Source: the human T2T-CHM13v2.0 reference genome, Homo sapiens. From it: 64,000 nt of DNA. The notes below the pieces were generated by a model. That model worked only from the letters and a program-made list of their open reading frames with translations, was not told the origin of the DNA and searched no databases. Both the position numbers and the translations under genes were made by a program. The stretch's first letter is position 1. The number at the start of each line of letters is the position of its first letter. Shown here one piece after another: positions 52,514 through 64,000 of the stretch. The stretch lies in the NCBI RefSeq assembly GCF_009914755.1, contig NC_060927.1. One strand, 5' to 3'.

Positions 52514-53456
52514 TTTGCACCCCAGCTAGCAGGATATTTTATTTCAATGCGGGCATTTCTTCTATAATATAATCAAACTATGGAATACAATTTTTTATAG
52601 GTTTTGCTGGTCATCTTGAAATACCACAGCTTTATTTGTGAAGGTTAATAATTTAATATAACAATTGGAGATAGAGACAATAAGAATTTCTAAGATACAC
52701 TGGGTTAATGATAGATCTGAAGAGAACAGGAAAGGCAGGTCCACTTATCTTGAATCATGGCTACATATAATCAAGGTGAGTTTCTCTCATGCAGTTAGGC
52801 TGTAGGGATTTGCATCTATAGCTCTACACTTATATCTAATATCCCACCTTTCATGCAGAAATACCTTCAGATAAAACAATACAATACAAAACTTTGTTCT
52901 GTGAGTCTCTAACTCCTAACTACCTACTTATTTAACCCTTATAACAACTTTCTGAGGTAGGTTTTATTAATATTGACACTAGCAGCTAAGGAAAATATGT
53001 CACAGGGAAGCTAAGTGCCCCGCCCAAAGTCATACAAAATGATGTCGCTGAAGTAGTCCAAGAACTTCTCCTATTTACTTGGGTAAAAATTGTACAATCT
53101 TCAAAGATCAGTAAAACAATTTCCAATGTTTCCTTGATTTCTTACTAATTATTAAGATTCTTTTAGTTTTACTAGCTTTCAGCTTTATTGAATGACACAA
53201 TATAGCTAGAAGAAATTATTACACTTTTCAAGTGAAAATTACGCAGGGAATCAACTTAAAGTAAAGCATAATTCTTCCCTAAAGTTAATATCTTTTTAAA
53301 TTTCAAACTAATATCTTTTAAAATCAAAATGAAGGCAATCCACTTTACAGTTGATAGTGTACATTATGAATAGTAATTTTATATTAACAAATATTTAGAA
53401 AAGGATTGTCTTTTCTGTCTTATGTCTTACTGTTTATGGTCTCTTTCAATTATTTG

Positions 53457-54265
53457 TGTTAATTTTATGTTGCTACCATAACAAATTACCACAAATTTAG
53501 CAGCTTAAAATAACACCTATTTATTATCAGAAATAAAGGTACAAAATAATGCTGTTTTGTCCTCAGTTTAGAGGCTCACAAAGCCAAAATCAAGGATGCA
53601 TTCTTTGCTGGATGCTCTGGGAATACAGCCACATCCAAGTTTATTTATATTTTTCCTGGATTCAGTTTTTTTGTGAAAAAAAAAAACTTGCTGACTGATG
53701 GGGAGTGCAGAAGAGGGTGATCTTAGTTCCTTTATGCTGCTATAAAAGAATATCTCAGACTGGATAATTTATAAAGAACAAAAATTTACTTCCTCACAGC
53801 TCTAGAGACTGGTAAGTCCAAGATCATGAAGCTAGCATTTTGTGAGGGCCTTCTTGCTGGGATCTCACATGGCAAAAGAACAAAAGAGAGTGAACTCACT
53901 CCCACAAGCCCATTTTACAGTGGCATTAATCCATTCGTGAGGGCAGAGTCCTCCCTCCCAACACTGTTGCATTGGAGATTAAATTTCCAGCACGTGAATT
54001 CTGAGGGACACACTCAGACTGCAGCAGGAGAATCATCTTTCTTCTGGGTTTTCCTTCATTTCTTCTCATGTTTTCCACGTGGCCACCTCTCCAGCAATCT
54101 GAATTGAGTTGCTCTGATAGTTCAGGTCTCTCTCAATTCATCTTTAACCACATCTCTCTGACTCCAGGCAGAAAAGTTCTCTGCTTTTAGAGGCTCATGT
54201 GATTAGATTGGCCCCACCCAGACAATGGTAGCATTCTGGATATGGTAGCATTCTGCCTACCATAT
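53457..54265 (-). mobile_element. MLT1 LTR with a nested MST-type LTR (about 53718-54026)
   Basis: ATAACAAATTACCACAAATTTAGCAGCTTAAAA; nested GCTGCTATAAAAGAATATCTCAGACTGGATAATTTATAAAG. Confidence 0.7.
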
Positions 54266-54989
54266 CAGTAATAATATATTTTCACTGGATGCCAAAGGAA
54301 ATATGGCACTTTGTAGTTTTTGCCCTTTTTGTTTACTGAGTTTGTTTTTAACTTTAGGAGACTTTTCCTAACATCTTTTTCAATTTTTTTTGTGAATAAA
54401 AAGCCTATTTTTTAATTATGAGAAAGCTCATAAATAAACACCAAATAGTAGGGTGACAGATTTTCATAATAATGTTCTGAAATTCAGTGCTATAAAGATG
54501 GCTTAGATCTACTTCTACTGTACATTTCTAATTTTTCACTATGATTTAAACAATTTTTAACACATGTTACATGAATAACTAAGGCAAGCATTTCCTGAGC
54601 AGAGTGGATCAGTCAAAAATATCCTTTATCCTCTTCATTTTTCAAGAGGAGACAGGAATGCTATCTAGAATGCCAATAAATGAAGATGCATTTTTCTTGA
54701 GGAAGCCACTCAAAATAGTAAGAGAGAAAGTGTCAAACCAAGCATTTTTAGATGGTTTCTTAAAATGCAGAACTTTTGCATTAAAATATTGACTTCATAA
54801 TATGTGGTTGATTTGTTTTTGTTTTGTTTTGGAGTTTTGTTCTCGTTGTTTGTTTTTCTCTGTCTCATTATCATATCCTTATTTTATAGCCTGTAGTTAA
54901 TTCTATTCAGTCAAAAAACAAAACAAAAACAACAAAAAATGAGCCTCTCTGTTGGCTTGCCTGAGCAGACAGACAGAACTCTAAGGTCT

Positions 54990-55740
54990 TTATCATTTCT
55001 TTCTTTTTCTCACACCTCGCATCCAACTCACCCATATTAACTGAAAAAATATATTCCAAATCTAACAACTTTTCAGTACCCTCAATGCAAATCCTAGTTC
55101 AAGTCAGCCTCATGCTCCATGACAACTATTTCAATAACCTCCTGATTGCTGTGCTTGCTTTAGCTCTTGCTCCTCTAAATCCATCCCCCACAGAGTAGCC
55201 AGAAAAATCTTTCTAAAATGAAAACCAGGTCATGTCACTTCCTCCTCAAAACTTGCCAATGATTTCCCATTGCAAAATCAACAAGTTCCAAATTTCTTAA
55301 CTATGTGGTCTCCAAAATCCTCTAATATAAATTTCTGTAATATGCCTGCCTGTCAGCACATACCACAGTTCACATTACTCTGTTCCAGGTAACTGGCCTT
55401 CTTGCTAATTCTTGACGATAACAAGCTCATTAGCCTTTTCATTTTGCACTCATTGTTCCTTCTCCTTGTCATCCTCAACTCAAATATCATGTCTAAAGAC
55501 ATACTCACCACCCTAGTCCTCTTCTGCTTCTTTACAATTGTATGTTTGTCCAAACATACATAATTTTACTTTGCTCTATATTCATTTACATGTTTGTTGT
55601 TTGTTTTCCTATGCCCAAAGTCCTCACATCCACTGATAGATAAACTCCTTGAAGACAGGGATCTCTCTGTCTTGCTTACCACATTTTCTGGAGCACCTGT
55701 AGCAATGACTGGCCCACAGCCAATACTGATGGATGCTTAA
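54990..55740. mobile_element. L2 fragment
   Basis: AAATCCATCCCCCACAG ... GGTCATGTCACTTCCT ... AAACTCCTTGAAGACAGGGA motifs. Confidence 0.65.
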
Positions 55741-55794
55741 AGAACTTTTTCATATCTTTAGGATGACTATTTTTCTAGTTTAAGATTAGTAACA

Positions 55795-56000
55795 ATAATA
55801 AATAATTCATTGAATGCTTACTAGGTGCCAAGTACTGAGCTAAAAAATTTACATTTATTAATTCATTTAAACATAACAAATTCCCTGAGGTGAGTATAGA
55901 CATTATTTCTATGTTAAAGAAGAAGAACGTGAGAAGTTTAGGAAGATTGAGTGATTTGTCAAAGGTCACAGAATAAGTAAATGGTAAAGACTGGATTGTA
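55795..56000 (-). mobile_element. MIR fragment
   Basis: GTGATTTGTCAAAGGTCACAGAATAAGTAAATGG. Confidence 0.65.
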
Positions 56001-56560
56001 TCTCACTTGAAAAAACTAAGATTGGACTGTATCTCACTTCAAAGAACTATACCCTTTTGCACCTCAGTCTACTGACTCAACTAAATTTTCTACGTTTACC
56101 AATATAGGGTCAAATTTCCAGTGACATGTAATAAATGAATAAAACACAATTCCATGCTTTTAAAGTTTAATATTTCAAGCAACCAAATCCTTTTGAATAC
56201 ATATGGAGCATTCTATTTTGCTAATTCCTCATGGTTTCTCATTTATACTCAGTGATGTGCTTGACTTTCACTGTAAAACTACAAATCACACAGAAGTCAT
56301 ATTCAGTCTTTTATCATCCAAGATTTTCTGTTCTCAACAATAATATATTCACTTGTGTGGAAAGTCTTCCATCAGTAGGTCTTGAAAAGTGCAGGATCTC
56401 AAACTCTGAGTGTACCTCAGTGAGGCCACTACATATAATACATAATGGCAGTATTTAGGCTTGATGCCTCCAATTGTTACTAGACAATATAGAATTAGAA
56501 ACATCAGAAAGAACTCTTTTCTAAACAAAGGAGCAGCTTTCAAAATGTCTTCAAACTATA

Positions 56561-56799
56561 TCTTTTTTTCTTTCTTTCTTTTTTTTTTGAAACAAGGTCT
56601 CACTCTCTTGCCCAGGATGTAGTGTAGTGACATGAGGCTCACTGCAGCCTCAACCTCCTGGGTTCAGGTAATCCTCCCACCTCAGGTCCCTGAGTAGCTG
56701 GGACTACAGGCATGCACCACTACCCTTGGGCTCCAGTGATCCTCCAGCCACAGCCTCCCAAAGTGCTGGGATTACAGTCATGAGCCACCATGCCCAGCC
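56561..56799 (-). mobile_element. AluJ with ~80-bp internal deletion
   Basis: The A-rich linker is missing between GCACCACTACCC and TGGGCTCCAGTGATCC; approximate TSD AAACTATATCT / AAACCATTTCT. Confidence 0.85.
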
Positions 56800-57229
56800 C
56801 AAACCATTTCTGTAGGTAACTTTTGTTTTGTCAAACAAGTATCCAGCAAATGAAGGAGTCTCTCATTCTCTCAGTTTTCCACACATTTCAGTCTTCTAAC
56901 TTGTTTTGTGCCTTCTCCCTTTTCTCCTAAAGATGATACCAATACCCCATTAGTTCTTTGGGTCCTGAAATGGTGGTGTGACTCTGAGCTTACGTAGAAA
57001 AGTATTTATTAAAGATTTGCTCTTCATCTAAAACACTGCAACTATTTAAACATAGAAAAAATAGCATTAAAAAAAGATGTAGATCCCCTTGTCAAGCCAG
57101 AATTGACAGCACTCAATATTCCAAAGCATAAACTACCTATTCGTATGTTTGCCTTTTGACAGAGTTAAGACAAAATATGTGTGGAGTTGGTAGCAGAGGG
57201 CAGAAAGCAAAAAAAATTCAAGAAAATAT

Positions 57230-58700
<1,471 letters not shown>

Positions 58701-59061
58701 AAGAAAATAGGTCAGCAGGGACTGCTTAATAGGACAACACAGCAAAGTATGCAAAATTATGAAAAGGTATATTTAGAACATCTAGGTTTTTCTCAAGAAA
58801 ATGGGACTTAAAATTTTGAATATGAAAAACCTAGTTGATCATATATTCATCTAAGAAACCTATACAAAGTAGAATTCATAAAATATGTTATCATTAAGTT
58901 TTTAATATTAATGTTTACTTATATTAGCAGGAATGCCAATGTAAAGTTTCTAAGCCAAGGCAAATTTATTCACAGCATGAAAAACATCAATTCCTGATGC
59001 TCTATTTCTTTCCTTTTTAGTAGATATGACATTTAAGTCAAATGGACTCTGCAAAAGTTGG

Positions 59062-61447
59062 TGTATTTGTCCTTTTTCATGCTGCTTATAAAGACATACC
59101 CAAGACTGGGCAATCCATAAAGGGAAGAGGTTTAATTGACTCACAGTTCAGCATGACTTGGGAGGCCTCAGGAAACTTATGATCATGGTGAAAGGGTAAG
59201 GAAACAAGTCCTTCTTCACATGGCAGCAGCAAAGAGAATAATAAAAAAAAGGGACGGAAAACCCCTTATAAAACCATTAGATCTCATGAGAACTCACTCA
59301 ATATCATGAGAACAGGATAGGGAAAACCACCCCCATGACTGAATTACCTAACACAGGGATCATCCCACCACACATAGGGATTATGGGAACTACAATTCAA
59401 GATGATATTTGTGTGAGGACACAACCAAACCATATCATTCCATCCCTTTCCTCTCCCACATCTCATGTCCTCACATTTCAAAACAATCATACCTTCCCAA
59501 CAGTCCCCCAAGTCTTAACTCATCCCAGCATTAATGCAAAAGTCTAAGCCCAAAATCTTATCTGAAGTCCCTTCTCCTTATGAGCCTGTAAAATTGAAAG
59601 CAAGTCAGTTACTTTCTATATACAATGGGGGTACAGGCACTGGGTAAATACACCCATTCCAACTGGGAGAAATTGGCCAAAACAAAGGGGCTACAGGCCC
59701 CATGAAAGTCCAAAATCCAATAGGACAGTCATTAAATCCTAATGTTCCAAAATGATTTCCTTTGACTCCATGTCTCACATCCAGGTAATGCTGATGCAAA
59801 AGGTGGGCTCCCACATCCTTGGGAAGCTCCATCTCTTTGGCTTTACAGGGTACAGCCCCCCTCCTGGCTGCTTCACAGGCTGGCATTGAGTGTCTGCAGC
59901 TTTTCCATGCACATGATGCAAGCCACCAGTGGATCTAGGAGCCTGGGGCCTGGGTGACCATGGTCTTCTTCTCACAGCTCCACTAGGTAGTGACCCAGTG
60001 GGGACTCTGTGTGGGGGCTCCAATCCTACATTTCCCTTCCACACTGCCCTAGCAGATGGTCTCCATGAAGGCTCCGTCCCTACAGCACACCTCTGCCTGG
60101 ATGTTCAGATGTTTCTATAGATCCTCTGAAATCTAGGCAGAGGTTCCCAAACCTCAATTCTTAACTTCTGTGCACCTGCAGGACCAATACCACATGGAAG
60201 CTGCAAACACTTGGGGTTTCCACCCTATGAAGCCATGGCCCAAGCTGGAGCAGCTGGAACATAGGGCACCAAGTCACTAGGCTGCACACAGCAGAGGGGC
60301 TCTGGGCCCAGCCCATGAAACAATTTTTTCCTCCTAGGCCTCTGGGCCTGTGATGGGAGGTGCTGCCATGAAGATCTCTGATATTCCCTTGAGAAATTTT
60401 CCCCATTATCTTGTCAATTAACATTTGGCTCCTCATTACTTATGCAAATTTCTGCAGCCAGATTGAATTTCTCCTCAGAAAATGGGTTTTTCTTTTCTAT
60501 TGTATCATCAGTCTGCAAATTTTCCAAACTTTTGTGCTCTGCTTCCCTTTTAAATGTAAGTTCCAATTCCAAACCATATCTTTGTGAATGAATAAAACTG
60601 AATGCTTTTAAGAGCACCCAAGTCAGTTCTTGTACACTTTGCTGCTTAGAAATTTCTTTTGCCAGATACCCTAACTCATCTCTCAAGTTCAAAGTTCCAC
60701 GTATCTTTAGGGCAGGGGTAAAATGCTGCCAGTCTTTTTGCTAAAGCATAGCAAGAGTCACTTTTGTTCCAGTTCCCAACAAGTGTCTCATCTCCATCTG
60801 AGACCACCTCAGCCTAAACTTCATTGTCCATATTGCTATCAGCATTTTGGTCAAAGCCATTCAACGAGTCTCTAGAAAGTTCCAAACTTTCCCACATCTT
60901 CCTGTCTTCTGAGCCCTCCACATCTCTAGGAAGTTCCAAACTTTCCTACATTTTTCTGTCTTCTTCTGAGGCCCCCAAACTGTTAAAACCTCTGCCTGTT
61001 ACCCAGTTCCAAAGTCACTTTGACATTTTTGGGTATCTTTACACCAGCACCCCATGACCCATTACCAGTCTACTGTATTAAACAATTCTCATGCTGCTAA
61101 TAAAGATATACTGGAGACTCAGTAATTTATAAAGGAAAGAGGTTTAGTTGACTCACAGCTCAGTATGACTGGGGAGGCCTCAGAAAACTTACAATCATGG
61201 CAGAAGGAGAAGCAAACATGTTCTTCTTCACATGGCGGCAGCAAGGAGAAGAATGAGCAAAAGGGGGGAAAGCCCCTTATAAAACCATAAGTTGTTGTGG
61301 AACTCACTCACTTTCATGAGAACAGCATGGAAGTAACTGCCCCCATGATTTAATTACCTCCCACCAGGTCTCTCCCACAACACATGGGCATTATGGGAAC
61401 TACAGTTCAAGATGAGATTAAAGTAGGGACACAGCCAAACCATATTA
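59062..61447 (-). mobile_element. Two-LTR THE1 (THE1C/D-like) MaLR: LTRs 61074-61447 and 59062-59437, internal region 59438-61073
   Basis: Two ~375-bp direct repeats, a 1.6-kb THE1-int, and a perfect 5-bp TSD GTTGG (59057-59061 and 61448-61452). Confidence 0.93.
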
Positions 61448-61968
61448 GTTGGTTTCTTGCACTTCAGAGGAGGAACCTTGAAGTTATGAATCTTGGAGTC
61501 TCTTTACTTGCTGTCCCTCTCCCCTCCTGACAGAGACAGAGAGAAACTCTTATTCTCTAATGGTGTATAATCCTTCAGAATGTAAATTGTCTCCATAGTT
61601 CAGGGATTTTATATTCCTTTGAAATGTAAACACATTTGAAATAATCTCTATTGATTTTTTGGCTCTTTAATTGGTTTTTAGCTTTCAAGGTTAGTCCTTA
61701 AACCTAGGTTCTAGTTCCCTTTCCTCAGAAAGTCCTAACTGTATGGAAATATAAAAGTATTCACTTTCAGAGAACAATTTATCAAAAAGATTTCATCAGC
61801 ATGAGCTTTTCTTGATGAAACAATAAAGATTTAAGGTATTTAAGTAAAAACCAATTAGACTTTTAAAAAGAAATTCCAAATAAATAATTTTAATCAATTC
61901 CAAAAAGAATAAATATTCTTACTACATTTGTTTATCATGAAACAATGAAAAAAGCTTCAATTTCTTAT

Positions 61969-62695
61969 TGTTATGGGTCTAATTGTGACCTCACAAAATG
62001 TACATGTTGAAATCAGGGTCTTTGCAGATGTAGTCATATGCTGCAAATAAAGTTTTGGTCAATGACAGACTACAAATATGACAGTGGTCCCATAAGATTA
62101 TAATATCATAGCTTTACTGCACCTTTTCTATGTTGATATATTTAGTTACACAGATACTTATTGTGTTACAATTGCCTACAGTATTCAGTACAGTAATATG
62201 CTGTACAGTTTTGTAGCCTAAGAGCAATAGGACATATCATATAGCCAAGTTGTATAGAAAACCATATCATCTAGGTTTTATAAGTATAGGCTATAATGTT
62301 TGCACAATGACAGAATCTCCTAAGGACACATTTCTTAGAACGTATCCTCACAGTTAAGTGAAGCATGACTATAATTACTTAAACTAAGATAAGATAATAA
62401 TGAAGTAAGTTATGCCCCTAATGCAATCTGACTGAAGTCCGTATGAAAAGGTCAAATTTTGACACAGACATGTACAGAGAAAAGACAATCTGAAAACATA
62501 GGGAGAAGATTGCCATCTAAAGCCAAGAACAGAGGGCTGGAATGCATCCTGTTTTCATAGCCCTCAGAAGGAATCAACCCTACCCACACCTGCATTTCAG
62601 ACTTCCAACCTCCAGAACTGTGAGACAATAATTTTTGTTGTTTAACCCACCTAGTTTGTGGTACTTTGCCATGGCAGCTCTCACAAACAAACACA
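61969..62695 (+). mobile_element. MLT1B/C LTR interrupted by Tigger3a
   Basis: TGTTATGGGTCTAATTGTG start; GACTTCCAACCTCCAGAACTGTGAGACAATAA near the end. Confidence 0.75.
62031..62371 (+). mobile_element. Tigger3a-like MITE
   Basis: TIR-like AGTCAT ... ATGACT ends; GTGGTCCCATAAGATTATAAT; ACAATTGCCTACAGTATTCAGTACAGTAA. Confidence 0.8.
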
Positions 62696-62859
62696 GAAAT
62701 TATCTACAAATTAATAATAATGAGCCTGCTATAAGTTAAACCTGAATAGAATGCTGCTAACACAGCATTAAAAGGAGAATGATTAGCATAGAGTATATTT
62801 ATGTGAAAATAAGAATTTTTAAAATTAGTACATTTATTAGAAAGATCGGGGGGAAAGTA

Positions 62860-63480
62860 TGAGACTCTTATTACCTGGGGAAAAAAGGCAAAAACTATTT
62901 TAAAGGAAATAATAAAGAATTAAATAAAAAGTAGAAGTTAATAAAATAGCAATTTAAAAAGTAAATTAAAGAATCTGGATCCTTGAAAAGATAAATGATA
63001 TTCACAACCTTTGCAAATTCTGACTAATCAATAGCACAAGGAGGAAAAAGGATACTTAACTACAGATACGTAAATGTCATACAATAAATTTTAAAGTCTT
63101 GATGCCAAGATAATTTTTCTATTAAAATAAAAATTGCCAAAATTCACTCAAGTGGTGAAAAAAATCTGGAGGAACTCAGTAAAAATAAACTAAATGTAAA
63201 CATTAATCAAGGAAATAGGCACATAATAGGTTTATCAATTAATTTTACCAAATGTCTAATTAACAGAAATAATGTTTTCTAAATATTTTTTAGAGTATTG
63301 TAAAATGGTAGAAAACATTCCTGTTTACCTGACAATTTTATTGTAATTTTGATTCCCAGATGGCATGGAAAAAGTCAGAAAGCCTTATTATACTGATCCC
63401 CCAAATAGAAAAGAAGAACACAGGAAAGAAGCTCAAGCTCACTTTTGAACACAAGTATAAAACTTTGTATATATTACACA
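62860..63480 (+). mobile_element. Ancient L1M ORF2 fragment
   Basis: TTGAAAAGATAAAT ... AAATTGCCAAAATTCACTCAAG ... TTTTACCAAATG. Confidence 0.5.
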
Positions 63481-63560
63481 CACAAAAACGCTATGCACAA
63501 ACATTTTTATAATTTGTTTGGCTTAGTCTGACTTAAGTAAGGGTTTTGTGGGTATGTTAG

Positions 63561-63921
63561 TGTATTAGTCCATTTTCACACTTCTATGAAGAACTACTTG
63601 AGACTGGATAATTTATAAAGAAGAGTTTTAATTGAGTCAGTTCCGCATGACTGGGGATGACCCAGGAAACTTACAATCATGGTGGAAGGGGAAGCTGGCA
63701 CCTTATTCACAAGGTGGCAGGAGAAGGAGTGAGAGCGCAGGGAAATCTGCCATTTATAAAACCATCAGATCTCATGGGAAGGACGAAACAGCATGAGGGA
63801 AACTTTCCCCATAATCCAATCATTTTCCTTCGTCGACTTGTGGAGATCACAGGTTCCTAGACACATGGGGATTAAAGTTAAAGATGAGATTTAGATGGGG
63901 ACACAGAACCAAACCATATCA
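63561..63921 (-). mobile_element. THE1/MSTA-type solo LTR inserted at the end of an MLT2-like LTR, which continues to the window end
   Basis: TGTATTAGTCCATTTTCACAC...CCAAACCATATCA, followed by TCAGGGTT...GAGAAACAGAACCAATAG. Confidence 0.8.
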
Positions 63922-64000
63922 ATTAATCAGGGTTATATGGAGAAACAGAACCAATAGAATATATGTAAGAGACTTAAAGGAATATACGTGGAAATGGAGG

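Noticed and set aside
59605-61057. Cluster of 60-93 aa ORFs as a gene
   Set aside because: They are broken pieces of the THE1 internal region.

Overview
This is AT-rich, CpG-depleted, repeat-dense primate genomic DNA, most likely human (Alu, L1PA, HERV-H, THE1). I found no host protein-coding exon; the long ORFs come from retroelements. The main features are: (1) a 6.1-kb deleted-type HERV-H provirus at 39571-45654 with both LTR7-family LTRs, a perfect tRNA-His primer-binding site and a 5-bp TSD; (2) a two-LTR THE1 element at 59062-61447; (3) a 5'-truncated L1PA with 361 codons of ORF2 still open; (4) about 12 solo LTRs packed into 7-31.5 kb; (5) about 11 Alus plus older L1M, L2, MIR and DNA-transposon remnants, many of them nested. 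I cannot support a new biological system here. The most unusual signals are mutational scars: a complex templated insertion at about 30.5 kb with an exact 33-bp copy from 1.6 kb upstream and a 22-bp inverted copy; an L1 with an apparent 3' transduction and a ~90-bp target duplication; two template-switch hairpins; and a minisatellite that grew from an Alu tail plus its TSD. Repeat subfamily names come from recalled consensus sequences and need RepeatMasker/Dfam confirmation.
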